Notes under the pieces: generated by a model
Told to the model about the DNA's origin: nothing
Databases searched by the model: none
The model's input: only the letters and a program-made list of their open reading frames with translations
Shown: positions 1-13,570 of the stretch, one piece after another
Numbering within the stretch: the first letter of the stretch is position 1
Layout: every line of letters starts with the position of its first letter
From: Octopus vulgaris
Lineage: Eukaryota
Reading direction: 5' to 3'
NCBI GenBank assembly: GCA_951406725.2
Contig: OX597820.1
Coordinates: 29,326,001 to 29,390,000, forward strand
DNA: 64,000 nucleotides
Translations under genes and position numbers: made by a program

Positions 1-779
1 TATGGAAGTGAAATAGTTATACATATAGGATGATAAATGGTAATAATAAACTCCAGATAAGCTGTGGCACATGTGAATAACAAACAACCGCTCAAGACAA
101 AAAGTGTCGTTCGTTAATTGGCATAGCCTTAGTTTCGTAAAAGCCACATTTTCACACACATATATACATGTGTATATATATTTTAATCTACCGTTTGATT
201 CAGTTTTGGTGTTTTCACTTTTATTTTCTACTACATATCAGATGAAAAAAATATTTAAAAGGAAATTATGAAGAAAGTATTTTATCGAAAGAATTTTTAA
301 TTTCAGAGAAAATAAATATCGCATTCTCGTTTATTCTGTGGTAGAAAATATAAAAACTTTCTTAATTGTCCTTAAAATTGTGTCATTTTATAATAAGGAC
401 TAAATAGAAATTATTAGAATAACCATTTCAAAACAAAAAAAAAATGTCATGGAATGAAAATGGTTTTAATTTATTTAATTTAAATCATTTTGAAATTAAA
501 CCTGTTCTGTTGCTTTAAAAATTCCACGTACAGAAAATATCCAGTGCTTGGAAAACTTTAAGCAACAGATAAACACACGCACATGTAACAATTAACATAA
601 TACATATACATATATATACAACTTATAAAAGTCTGCTGCTTTTGATTTTCTTTGCCATTTAAATAATTATCAATTTAAACGTTTTATAAAATTTAAATAT
701 GCATTTATATTTTTTGAAGCTGATTAAAATTATGAAATGTGTAAGGCGAATATTTTGCAACTAGCTTTGCTAAGTGTAC

Positions 780-964
780 ATTGTGATTTCGACGTTGACA
801 GCTCAGCAAATGTAGCAGTGAGTGTGGCAGGCGGCTTCGCGATTTCCTTGCTGTTTAAATGTCTGTTTTTGCTGTTTTATTTAGTTTATGCCACTGCTTA
901 GGAAAGCTGTTTTAGTTTGTAACATTTTATTCTAGCTGTGATTAGTTTAAATTCACCTGCCACA
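780..964 (+). promoter_or_regulatory. Probable promoter-proximal/5' UTR region of ArfGAP1, with a possible short 5' UTR intron at 818-935
   Basis: Repeat-free, CpG-retaining stretch just upstream of the ATG. GTGAGT at 818 and TTCTAG ending at 935 could delimit a UTR intron. No transcript evidence. Confidence 0.35.
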
Positions 965-1024
965 ATGGCTAGTCCGCGAACCAGAAGAGTCTTGAAAGAT
1001 CTCCATATAAAGGATGGAAATACT
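965..1024 (+). CDS. ARFGAP1: ArfGAP1 coding exon 1 (MASPRTRRVLKDLHIKDGNT), phase 0
   Basis: ATG in ACAATGG context. The N-terminus matches ArfGAP1 (human MASPRTRKVLKEV...). Followed by a GTAAGA donor at 1025. Confidence 0.93.
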
Positions 1025-2141
1025 GTAAGATGTTTTTTTAAATATTTCATCATTGTTTTTAAATCGTTTTGTTATATATTTAACTGTAGATTTCTTCTTG
1101 TTAGATGTGAAACAAATAAATTCTATTTGTTACTCTGATTTTTTTTTTTTTTCTTTCCGCTATCCTAGTTCTGAAATGATAAACACTTTTTAACAAATTA
1201 CATGTAAAGATCGTAGGCGTGCAGATAAAAGAAAGAAAGAAATTAAAGATCCCGTGGTTATAGACCTACAAGATGTATCTGAACTCCCCCGGAGCTAGAT
1301 TTACTTACAATCAAAGCAACAGATTTCTAATCTAAACCACATGAACCTATTATTTTCCGCTCTTTTTCTGAATTTCCTTTTTTTTTCTACTTAAGCACAC
1401 CACCCACATAATCCGGCCATTCATTGATAGTTAATGGGTTAAACAAAGCTTTTTTTTTTTATTCAATATTGTTCTTACTATCGTTTGAGGTTTATTATAA
1501 TTAATTTGATCCTTTAAATATGCTACTGTGATCCATCTATATCTGTATTTCCTTGTGAACATATTACATCAATGTCTCCCATACAGTCGATTTGTTCTGT
1601 TGTCTTCTGTAGGTAGGTAGGTAGGTAGGATGTGTGACGGTGGGGGAAAGCACTCGCCTGTTAACAAAATCGAAAGCAACACAAACTTACCTTTCAGTTG
1701 CACCAGATGTTAGGACACGTTTCTATCTATCTTAGCGAACTATGTTTATTTACCCGTTATTCCAAATTAAATCGAACAATCACTAACATCTGGAAGGGTT
1801 TTATTTTCTCTTTTATTAAATATTCTTCAAAAAAAAATTAAACTGAAGCTATTAAGTCTGTTTGCCTCTATTCTTCGTATAACTGTAAGGTGATCTTGAA
1901 ATATGTTAACTCGGCAATTTCGACAATTTATTCTCTTGGAAAATGTTATTTGTCAGATTTTTTTCTAAAATATTCATCTGTTCTATGGATATTCTTTCCT
2001 TCCTTCCCATACCTTTCTTGTCATCGAAAAGACAGATTGCCAAACACGACCACTTCCTCTGTAGTGGTTGACACGTGAAAGGAATTCGTCATATATCACA
2101 CTGGTTTAGAGTCGTTTCTAATTTGGTTAATCAAAAATACC

Positions 2142-2176
<35 letters not shown>

Positions 2177-3865
2177 CATACATACACACACATCTAAATG
2201 TGTGTCTCATTTCCACGTATTTGATTTTACATTGGTATTCGGCGATTGAAGAAAATCTTTCGAGTTTTCTTGGATATTTTTGTTTAAACTGATAATTTGT
2301 ATAAATTTGGATAAATATATTGTACTAGTTTTCCGCATTATTTATTTGTTTATCTTATAAATTAATCTACACGGTCATACTCTGAAAATTTATGTAACTA
2401 GTGTATATTATTAAGCTAGGGGAGTTTCCGACTACCCGTTGTAGATTTACTTAATAAAGAAAATCAATATTATAATGATTTGATTTCCTATAGTTTATAG
2501 TGAGTAGATACACGCGGGCGGTGGTACTCGCTCGCAGACATATAGATATGTTTGTATGTGTGTGTGTGTGAAGAGAGAAACATCCACGTATGTCTGATGT
2601 ATTTCACTCAACGGAATCCAAAGGCTGTCAGGAAATGACGCCTTAAAGAATTAGCTTGTTTTTCCGTAGTGTCAACCTTGAAAGACAAAACACCCACACA
2701 CCTAGATATAATACGAGTGTGTTTATATTAATATATATTTATATATATCCACCTCATGTTGTTATTTGTAAGCTAAACGTTTTCTTGATTCTTAAATTTC
2801 AGGAATTACGTTAGCAGATTTCTTCGTTGACATTTTGCAACAAGTTGTCTTGTCATATGGATCGGATTGAACCAGGTTAATTGGTTGGTCCTACATACCT
2901 CTGAACATTTTGTTTCAGATTAAAAAGAAAAAAAAGGCACATTCAGTGTGTGTGTGTCGATTGACAATTTCGGTTGTCGGTTTGAAAGATCTGGGTATTT
3001 TCGCTCTCTGACGAAAAATAGCATGCGACCTTGTGTTCTGTGTGTGTGTGTATTTTGTTATTTTGGTCGAGTCAGTCTCTTCCTACTCTGGATGTCACCC
3101 GTGTGTGCATAGGATCCTTAGACAAGTTATGTCTTATCTTAGCTTGTCTGAAGATGCTGTGTACACAGAGGCGACCTCCAGAATAACAAGAGACTCACTC
3201 AACCAAATACAATACATTATTAATCTCTACCATGTTATTGAGTACTGACCCCCACCACAGTCAACATACACACAATCAATATATACATAGTTTTGTTTCG
3301 TCATTTGTTCACCCCTTGATCTCATTGAGAGCAGTCTGGGATCGTCGTACACTCTTCGCTTTCTTGTACTAATTTTTCATGTATGTTTTCGAATATTAGA
3401 AATTAAAAATCTGCCGGATTTTCTTTTATAAAAATCAAAAACTGAATCTATAGTCTTATTTTATTTGTTTTGTGACCATATGGCTTTTATATGAAATTTT
3501 CAAATAATATTAAGACTTTCTATGCTGAGATCCCAAAAACTTTGTTCTGTGCCCGTTCACTGAATGGTAATTAGTGCTGAAGAAGCAAGAAAACGGTAGT
3601 ACTATCAATACTGTCGCGATATTTAAACGCCAATTTAAACCATATTGTTCCAATCTATCTTCAAAATATAGTTTTGCTTGGCATATATTTCAGTGTTGTT
3701 CATTACTTTTTCTGAATTAAAATTTTCTTCGTTATTTTTTCTTCATATTTTAAAAACTTTATTTTAATACTTTTTAAAAAATATATCTAGGTCTTATTAT
3801 GTAATTATTAAGCTCGGAACACAGTAACAAAAATCAGGGCTTGACTCTCTCTTTCTCTACCTATC

Positions 3866-3946
<81 letters not shown>

Positions 3947-6815
3947 AAAAGTCACAGGAGCTTTGTCCTAGGTGGGTTTTGTCTGGATCCCATAAATTAA
4001 TTGTGACTTTTTTTCCTAGCCAAAATTGTGACTTTATTACTGTGACTTGTTTTCCCGGTCACCATATATATAGAGAGACAGACAGACGTACAGGATATTT
4101 CATATTGATGGGATACATTTTGTAATTTACAAACTCAAGGGTACTTGCCCATCTTTAAATGTACTTGTTCCAGTCCTAGCTATTTTCCTATCAAAATATA
4201 TCCCCTCATTATGAGACACCCTCTGTGTGTGTGTGTCGAATGTACATGGTCTGAAATTCCACCGAACAAAGGGTTCACGCCTTTTTCTCCTTTTTTTTTG
4301 TTTGACCTACTCCTTCATTCAAACAAATTATACCTTCGACTACATCATCTTCAGTGTCCCTCCTTGAAAAAGAGTCGGAATTATAGGGTAGTTTGTGGTT
4401 GGCTCTCGCTAGTCGGTCGTGTGACAACTTAAGAGGTTCCTTCTCTTGTGTAATGTATGTGTTGATTCCAAACTCTGTCGACGAGTCAGCCAACCAACCA
4501 TATTTGCTGCCTCCGCAAGAGGCCGGTTCTTGTATTATATAATTTTTAAAACTACCGTTGTTGGCTGTTATCATCTCTCAGCTTTTAATTCGTGTCATTT
4601 ACCTTCCTGTTTCCTTTTTTCTCTCGACTCAACAAATGTCTTACATTTTGAGACTAAAATTACCCCGTTGTCGTGGATTCTGTAATTCAATCTAAAGTCG
4701 AAAAGTTCTACGAAATATCCTGATTAGTTATATATATATATATAGTTTTTTGTTTTTCTTTTTTACATTTGTCAACCTTTTAAAATGTCAGTTATTTTTA
4801 ATCCTATCATAATTGTTACAAAAAGACATATGTTTGAAATTCACTGAATGTTTGTACTTTTTCTAAGCCATTTCTTCCAGCCAACATGGAAATGGACTTT
4901 AATTCTCCAAGACATTATTATTACATTGCTGAAGCGGCAAGCCCAACAAAATGCTTGGCGGCATTTCTTCCAGCTTTACATTCTGAGTTCAAATGCCGCT
5001 AAGGTCAGCTTTGCCTTTCATTTTTCTGGGGGTCAATAAAATGTACCAGTCAAATACTGAGATCAATGTAAATGACTATTTCTCTCCCCCACTAAAACTG
5101 TTGACCTGGTATCAAAATTTGAAACCACTATTGCATTGTTGCAAACCTCACAATAATATTGATTTCAAATCTTGGCACAAGACCAGCAATTTCGGGGGAG
5201 CAGGTAAGCCGATTAGTGTTCAACTGGTACTTATTTTATCAACCTCCAGAATATGAAAGGCAAAGTCAGCCTTGATAGAATTTGAACTCAAAACATAAAG
5301 ATGGACAAAATGACACGCTAGTGATTCTGCCAGCCCACTTGACTACTCCTAACAGTAATATTAAGATGGCCAATTAGTAGAGACATTAGAGTGTGTTAGA
5401 CAGAATGCTTTGCTGTAATTGTTATGGACTTCTGCATTCTGAGTTCAAATTCCACCAAAGTGGACTTTGCCTTTCATTCTTTTGGGATCTGTAAGTAAAG
5501 ACCCAGTCCCATGCTAGGGTCAGTCCACTAATTTTCCTGTCTTTCTTACACTCTGTCTGGAAGAAATCAGCTCTGGTCAGACTTAGAGAGGGCTGGGCTC
5601 CACCAGGTACCGAAAATTCCCAAGACGTTCCACATGTCATGATAGCGCCTTGCAACTCAAGAAAAAGTTAGTCGCAAGTCAAAGCAACAGTAATATTGGT
5701 TTCAAATTTTGGCACGAGGCCAGCAATTTCGAGGGAGTGGGTAAGTCAATCATGTCAACTCCAGTGCTCAACTGGTACTTATTTTATCGAGCATGAAAGG
5801 ACAAAGGGCAAAGTCAGCCTTGGTGCCAATTGAATTCAGAATGTAAAGACAGACGAAATGCCGCTAAGCATTTTGCCTGACATACAATTGCTTCTGCCAA
5901 CCCACTACCCTTGAGGCAGCAGTAATATTATCTGTTAATTTTGTCACCAGACATTCTTTTAATAATATTCAGATTTTTTTTTTTTTCATTTTTTTGCTGA
6001 AATTTTAAAAGTTACCCATAAGAAATGTTAACTATGTCAGACGTTCAACCCCCACTAAGTCCCTCACTAATCATTATGCTCAGATTTTCCTTCCTAGAAC
6101 ATCAGCCTCCTACAATTCCCTCCCTGCTCATACAGGTGTTTACTTACTAAGGTTCAAGAGGAACATTATTAGCATAAGTCTTTTAGTCTAAGAGTACCTG
6201 TGAAGGTCATAGGCACTGCCTTTCATGCAGACTCCCTAGGTGAAAAAAGAAAAGGTGAGAAGCAGAGGTTGTTACAGTAGCTGTGTAAGAAGCAGTGAAG
6301 TGATGTGGAGCAAAGATTGGAGTGTATTGGCAAATGTTTTAGATGTGATCTAGGATCTTTTTGTGCGTGTCACGTTAGCACCATTCCTAGTGCAAGACTA
6401 ATGTTTCATGGTGGGCCTTATTTAAGGTTGTCAGAGTTATCAGTTGTTCAGAGCTGAAATGTTTTTACATTCTCTGAAGGGAACAGTTTTCTATTGTCAT
6501 TCAAACTGCTAGAAATAGCAGCTAAATTTCTCTCAAATTACTCCCTTGAAATGCTGAGATTCACCCAACCCTAGGTACTCATTACTTTTTGTAAAGTGGT
6601 TGATGATAAAAAAAGAAAGCCTCCAGCAGTAGACAGTTATGCACCAAAAATGAAATATGCAAAGTGTAGACTTCATAAGTTTTTCAAGGTCCATATTTTT
6701 CACAGAAGACTGGAAATGGAGGGACATAGCTTGTATGACAGTGACACTGGTTTATAACTAAGATACCAAGACAAGTTGATACACATGCACATAGAGAGCA
6801 GTTGGCATATAGCGT

Positions 6816-6923
6816 TCCATATCAGCTATCTCTGATGAGCATAGGGTTATATAATCAGATTGTTACCTAACACTCCTTTCTACCCCTAGTGCGAAACCAA
6901 CTGGTAAGATCAGCTGTGATGGA
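6816..6923 (+). ncRNA. Type I hammerhead ribozyme in ArfGAP1 intron 1 (sense strand); predicted cleavage after GUA at 6906
   Basis: Stem I is tccat..cagct-atct paired with agat-c-agctg..atgga. Core CTGATGA at 6832-6838. Stem II is gca-taggg paired with cccta-g-tgc. GAAA at 6893-6896. Stem III is acc/ggt. Cleavage triplet GTA at 6904-6906. Confidence 0.8.
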
Positions 6924-7713
6924 TATATAATATTGTACACTTTGGATTGTGTGTGTTTGCGTCTGTGATTGTCCCACCACCACTACTTGAAAAACCAGTA
7001 CTGATGTGTTTATGTCCCCATAGCTTAATGGTTCAGCAAAAATGACTGATAGAATAAGTACCAGGCTTTACAAATAAGTCCTGGGGTTGGTTCTTTCAAC
7101 TAACAATTCTTCAAGATGGTGCCCCAGCATGGCCACAGTCTAATGACTGAAACAAGTTAAAGATAAAAGGTACATATACACAATGGGCTTCTTTCAGTTT
7201 CCCTCAACTAAATTCACTCTCAAGGTATTGGTCAACCACTGGCTATGGTAGAAGACACTTGCCTAGGGTGCCATGCTGTGGAGCTGAACCCAAAGCCACA
7301 TCATTGGGAAGCAGACATTTTAACTACACAGTTTTGCCTAGTTAAATCTGAAGGATATTTCACTGCCATTTCTAACTGGTTCACTAGTTGCATAGGACAG
7401 GTTCCATTGTTAGTGTGTAACATTTAAGTTAGAAACCTCCAATATTCACATTAGAATCCTTAATATTAACTGCAACCTCTGTATTCTAGCAAATGTCTTG
7501 AAACATTTTTTTATAAACTGAGCTTCCAGCCTATATTCCTTAATGCAAATGTTGTTTAATTCTGATTAAACTGGCCTAGAACATCTGAAGGTGTTTTAGT
7601 CATGCCCACCCGTCTTATATTCAAACATATTGAATCTAAGACTGTTGTCTGAATTGATCCTTGTTTAGTTTAATTTGAGGGAGATTTGGCTATTATTTCT
7701 AGCAAATTCAATA

Positions 7714-8226
7714 CCGTAAATCCTTGAGTATTATCCGCATTCTTTTCCGAAAATTTAAAGGTCAAAATCCCAAGTGCGTACTATATACGAGGTTAAAAAT
7801 GAAAATTATTTTCTAAGCAATGTCTGAGTCTCTATTTGCTGTCCTGCAATGTTTATTCAGATGCATTTTGTTATGTCGGGGGCGAAAATACCTTAAGCTA
7901 AGCCTGAAAGCAATGAAGTTATAAAAGAAGCATCCATAACTTGCAATAAGCAACATTTATTAAACATTATTACTGTTATTTCTTTATTTTCTGCAAACAA
8001 AATGCACAAAAAAAGCTACATGTTTGCATTATGTTATATATACAATAATAATAAAGGACGTTACCGTATACATTTTTACAAACCAAGGACGTTATACAGA
8101 CCGCCTTAACTCAAGTTAGAGAAGGGGTGCATATTATACACAAGGTTTAGATTTTTCAGAGGTACAGCCCCCTAAAAATCCCCTGCATATTATACTCAAG
8201 GGCGGACTATGCTTGAGGATTTATGG
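7714..8226. mobile_element. Tigger/pogo-like non-autonomous DNA transposon (MITE)
   Basis: Imperfect TIRs ccgtaaatccttgagtattatccgc and gcggactatgcttgaggatttatgg, with TA on both sides (7712-13, 8227-28). Confidence 0.75.
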
Positions 8227-9144
8227 TAACTATAAATGCTAAGACAGCCAGCTAGCAGAAGCATTAGCATGCCAGGCAAAATTCTTAGCGGCATTTCATG
8301 TCTTTATGTTCTGAGTTCAAATTTCGTCACGGTCTGCTTTGCCTTTCATCTTTCAGGGTCATAAAATAAGTACCAGTCGAACCCTGGGGTTGGTGTAATC
8401 GACTTACCCCATCCCCCAAAATTGCTGGATTTGTGCCAAAATTTGAAACCAGTAACTGTAGATGCCTTCTTCTGGTTTATCTGTGTGATTTGTTCCAGTA
8501 TATAACAGGTGTCTCTCTTATGAACTCTGGGAGGAGCCTCTGTGCTTGACCTACTAGAAATAGTAACGAAATCTCCTTTGAATTATATCCTACCATCTTA
8601 AAACAGAATAGGGACCTTGAATAATACAGTCATAGATATCCTCAAAGTATATGTTAGGATTGTCATGGATAGAAAACCTTTCATCATAGATCTGCTTGGT
8701 AAGGGTTGACCTTGAGCTGAACAATAATTGTTTGACAGTACAAAAATTAATATACAGATTAGAGATTTGAGTGTTGTAACTGAGTCTAGGATATTTACCC
8801 CCCAGTGGGCAATAACCCACCAAGGACAACCCCTCCCTGAGGACAACAGATGATGATTTAAAACTTCTTAATATATTGGAGAGGGGGTAATTAACCAGGG
8901 GTGGGATAGTTGTCGTTGGGGGGAATTGTCCTCATACGGTTGTAACCATAGTTATGTAAGTCAATTAAATAATTAAATAAAATTTTGTAAACAATTTTGT
9001 CTAGTTTTTATGAAGTTTTTTCCATAGATATTTATGAACTAGAATTGCTTTATCCAACATGTCTGTCTGATTTTTCTTTGTGTGTGTGTGGAGGTTTTTG
9101 CAGGGCTTTTTAAATAGTAAGGTGTGTATACATATTCATATAGT

Positions 9145-9500
9145 GAAGGCACATGGCTCAGTGATTAGAGCATCGAGCTTATGATCATGAGGTTGAAAGT
9201 TTGATTCCCGGACCTGCATGTTGTGTTCTTGAGCAAGATACTTTATTTCACTCCAGTTCACTCAGCTGTAGAAATGAGTTGCGATGTCAATGGTGCCAAG
9301 CTGTATTGGCCCTTGCCTTTCCCTTGGATAACATCAGAGGCATGGAATGGGGAGGTTGGTATATATGGACAACTGCTGGTTTTCCATAGAAACAACTTTA
9401 GGTTGTGCAATCACCAGTGAGGCAACTTTCTACCCAGACTTGTACCCCAGAGGGGAACCTCTTAGGTGCACCCATGGTTATTTTTGACCAATGGAGTCAA
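9145..9500 (+). mobile_element. tRNA-derived SINE, family E (related copies near 17101-17425, 19900-20290, 33568-33902, 42790-43110)
   Basis: A-box TGGCTCAGTGG and B-box-like GTTCGAATCC head followed by gtgttcttgagcaag..., repeated at several loci. Confidence 0.75.
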
Positions 9501-9819
9501 GTTTTTATATTCATATATTTAAGCAGTAGAGGAAGCTACATTAGATAACATGGTCCTGACTACATCTAAAAATTTCTATGATCAAAGCAGAAACACCATT
9601 TGATCAGGATTGACCTGGAGTTAAACAATAACCACTTGGCAGTATGAGAATTAAATGGAAAATTTCAGGGATGCAAACACGGAAATAAAGAAGCTGGAAT
9701 AGTCATGGCTGGAGCACTTTTTGATCATAGGTTTGCTCAATCAGGAGAGTCAACAACATTTTTTTTTTCCATGAATGTGTTTCAGTTAATAATATTTGAG
9801 TAGTTGTAGTTAAGGCAGA

Positions 9820-10500
9820 AAGTTGGCAGAATTGTTAAGGCAGTGAGCTGGAAGAAACGCTAGCATGCTGGGCAAAATGCTTAGCAGTATTTCGTGTTAC
9901 GTTCTGAGTTCAAATTCCGCCGAGGTCAACTTTGCCCTTCATCCTTTCGGAGTCGATAAATTAAGTACCAGTTGCATACTGGGGTTGATGTAATCGACTT
10001 AATCTCTTTCTCTTTCCTTGTATATGTCCCCTTTATGTTTAGCCCCCTGTGGGCAGTAAAGAAATAAGAATCGTTAGCACACTGAGCAAAATAGTTAGTA
10101 GCATTTCATGTCCTCACGTTCTGAGATCAAATTCTGCCAGGCTTTTGGGGTCAATAAAATAAGTACCAGTCTAGCTGGGGATCGATGTAATCAATTATCC
10201 CCCTCCCAGAAACTGTTGGCCCTTTGCCAAAATTTGAAATCAATATTTTAGTGTTGTGGTTAAGGTGGCAAAATGATTAGTGGCATTTAATCTTTACGTT
10301 CTGAGTTCAAATTCTACCTGGGTTGATTTTACCTTTCATCCTTTCAGGGTTGATAAAATAAGCACCAGTTGAGAACTGGGGGGTCAATGTAATCGATTTA
10401 CACCCTCCCCACTGAACTTCAGGGTTGATAAAATAAGTACCAGTTAATCGACTTGCTCCCCTCCCCTAAACTTGCTGGCTTTGTGCCAAAATTTGAAACC
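9820..10500 (+). mobile_element. Cluster of nested SINE family B copies
   Basis: Repeated ttctgagttcaaattcc...gcctttcatcctttcggggtcgataaa...aagtaccag core. A younger copy sits inside the head of an older one. Confidence 0.75.
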
Positions 10501-11634
10501 AGTACTAGTGTTGTTGATAAGTCTCATGTCAGCCCAAATCAAAGACCATGTTGTCTTTAAGATTCACTTCCTGGAAGCTGAGTAAGATTGGCAAACATGG
10601 CCTTGTTGAATGGGTTTGCACCAAATATGCCCCTGCAAGCCCTGTGAGGAATTTTTTAATAGAGCCCTTGCCTCTGATAGTGAATGAAATACAGGGTTTG
10701 TGAGAGGTTCCTTGTTTAGTCCATATTGGCAATTCTCCTTTTGGGGCATATCTTACATTTTTACTCTTAACCCCCATGCAGTAACATTCCCCCACCTCTC
10801 CCTTTATGTAATTTTGCGCAATGATCAAAGGAATTCCAGCCATCACCTTCTTATCTTTTTGTGCATCCATGGCTACATTGTCCAAAGTGTCCATTATTTA
10901 AAATGGTAGTGAGTGCTTTGGAGAAGATTTGGCTGCTATTTCTAATAGATCAAGTGACCAGCTAGAGCAATGGTTCTCAACCAGGGTCTACATGACCATT
11001 AGGGATCCATACAAGATTTTGTTAGAATTTATGTGCCAGTGACACATAAAAGGCACCCATACCAGTGACACATAAAAGGTACCCATACCAGTGACATTTA
11101 AAAAGCACCCAGTACACTCTGCAAAGTGGTTGGTTGTAGGAAGGGTATCCAGCCATAGAAATCAAACCAAAACAAACTGGAGCCTGGTGCAGCTCTCTGG
11201 CTTACCATCTCCAATCAAACTATCTAACCCATAGGTTCTCAAAGTGGACACTGCCGCCCCCCACCCCCAGTGGGCGTTGAGATTGTCTAGGTGGGTGCTG
11301 GTGCCTAAGAGGGAGGTGGCGTGGGGGTGGGGCGGTAGAGAAAAAGGAGACATTGGGAGGAAGGCAGTGGATTGGGGGACGCTATGAATTTATTAATATT
11401 ATAGTATTGTATACAAATTAGACAATATTATATTAGATATTAAACGAGTCATAGTATATGTAAATTAGTAAAATATAAAACATCTATTTATACATAAAAA
11501 TAAGGTTGGGGGCGTTGAGGATATTGTGTGGTCAGCGGCCAAAAAATTTGAGAACCTCTGATCTAATCTATGCCAGCATAGAAAACACACTTTCAGTGAT
11601 GATGAATAAATTGGGTTATACTTCTACAATTTTT

Positions 11635-11938
11635 TTTTTATGCGCCCTTTTCAAGCCTAGCTAGGCTCATGGGCCCGGTTTCTGTGGCATGTGTTCCTCC
11701 CAGCTGGACGGAACGCTAATCCATTACAGCGTTACTCAAGAAACAGGAAGAGAGAGTGAGAGAAAGTTGTGGCAAAAGAGTACAACAGGGGTCGCCACCA
11801 CCACCCCCTACTGGAGCCTCGTGGAGCTTTTAAGTGTTTTCGCTCAATAAACACACATAACGCCCAGTCTGGGAATCAAAACCGCGGTCCTCCGACCACG
11901 AGTCCGCTGCCCTAACCTCTGGGCCATTGCGCCTCCAC
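11635..11938 (-). mobile_element. tRNA-derived SINE, family D (other copies near 16708-17000 and 47785-48052, all minus strand)
   Basis: Minus-strand head GGAGGCGCAATGGCCCAG.GGTTAGGGCAGCGGACTCG...GGTTT.GATTCCC, with a body shared by three loci. Confidence 0.8.
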
Positions 11939-12483
11939 ATACTTCTACAATACACAAAATATTTTAACAACGTTTTTATACAATTTTTGATATTTAATTA
12001 TAAAAATACAATTGGATTTTTTTTTAAACATCAAATGACTATTAGGGTCCAGTAGAGTAGAATAGGAATCAAAAGGGTCCATGGCTAGATAAATGGTTGG
12101 GAATCACTGTTGTAGAGGATACCTTATTGGTTGTTGATGTGCGTCAGGTGGGAAATGAACCTCTTAAGTAACTGTGTTCAGTGAACATTCTACCACTAAT
12201 TACATGATGCTTATTACTGTTTATATGCTGTTGCTTAGCAATAGGTCAACCCTCTGATGAAAGCTGTTCCATCCATGTTCATCCTGTCTGGTTTTCAGAC
12301 AGTTTATCTAGAATCACATTAGCTAATGTGTCCTGCTTTTCAAGATAAGTTGTAATTTAAAGAAAATGTGGTTGCTATTTCTAGTAGACCAAGTGAAACA
12401 GAGAGGACCCTTCCTCCTCCACATCTTCTAAGTCAGTAAACTAATCATTATCATCTTATGTTGTAAGGCAGTAAGCATTGTTA

Positions 12484-12873
12484 TAGGCACGGGAGTGTGG
12501 TAAGTAGCTTGCTTACGAACCACATGGTTCTGGGTTCAGTCCCACTGCGTGGCACCTTGGGCAAGTGTCTTCTACTATAGCCTCGCGCCAACCAAAGCCT
12601 TTTGAGTGGATTTGGTAGACAGAAACTGAAAGAAGCCCATCGTATATGTATATATGTGTGTGTGTGTGTATTTGTGTGTCTGTTTCCCACCCCCAACATC
12701 GCTTGACAACCGATGCTGGTGTGTCTACGTCCCTGTAACTTAGCGGTTCGGCAAAAGAGACCGATAGAATAAGTACTAGGCTTACAAAGATTAAGTCCTG
12801 GGGTCGATTCCCTCAACTAAAAGGCGGTGCTCCAGCATGGCCACAGTCAAATGACTGAAACAAGTAAAAGAGT
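12484..12873 (+). mobile_element. SINE family A, about 400 bp with an internal (TA)/(TG) microsatellite
   Basis: tRNA-like head (gtgtggtaagtagc...ggttcagtcccactg) and 3' end gactgaaacaagtaaaagag. More than ten copies occur in the window on both strands. Confidence 0.85.
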
Positions 12874-13570
12874 ATGCCAAGCAAAATGCTTAGCGATATT
12901 CCAGCCCTCCTTTGTTCTGAGGTCAACTTTGCCTTTCATCCTTTCGGGATGAATGAAACTAGTATCGGTGGAGTACTGGGGTCGATGTAATCAACCTACC
13001 CACTTCCCCAAAATTTCAGCCCATGCCCTTATAGTAGAAAGTATTATTATTACTATTAAGGCGTTGAGCTGGCAGAATCATTAGCATGCCGGACAAAATG
13101 CTTAGCAATATTTCATCCATCCTTACGTTCTGAGTTCAAATCCTCCAAGGTCAACTTTACCTTTCATCCTTTTGGGGTCGATAAAATAAGTACCAGTTGA
13201 ATACTGGGGTTGATGTAATCAACTTACCCCCTCCCCAAAAATTTCAGGCCTTGTGTCTGTAGTAGAAAGGATTATTATTTTCTGGCCTGGTGCAGCCTTC
13301 GGGCTCCCCAGACCCCAGTTGAACCGTCCAACCCATGCTAGCATGGAAAACGGACGCTAAATGATGATGATGATGATGATGATGATGTTGTAATCAGACA
13401 TTCAACTTCCATGGGTGTAGCCATGGCTGTGTGGTTAAGATATTTGCTTGGCAATTACGTAATGTCCAGTCAATCCTACTCTGCAGTACTTTGAGCACCT
13501 TTCTACCATAACCCTCAGCTTGACTAACGTATTCGTAGTGAAATTTGGTAGGCAGAAACTATGTGGAATC

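Noticed and set aside
938-1138. 66-aa ORF treated as a complete gene
   Set aside because: Only 965-1024 is exon. The remainder is read-through into intron 1.
4275-4574. 99-aa minus-strand ORF and a CTGAAGA...GAAG motif in the CpG-rich intron start
   Set aside because: No recognisable domain or splice context. The ribozyme-like string lacks GAAA and a good stem I.
10529-10909. Overlapping 60-120 aa ORFs in more GC-balanced sequence
   Set aside because: No motif recognised and no phase-compatible ArfGAP1 exon is needed here. Possibly an old TE fragment.
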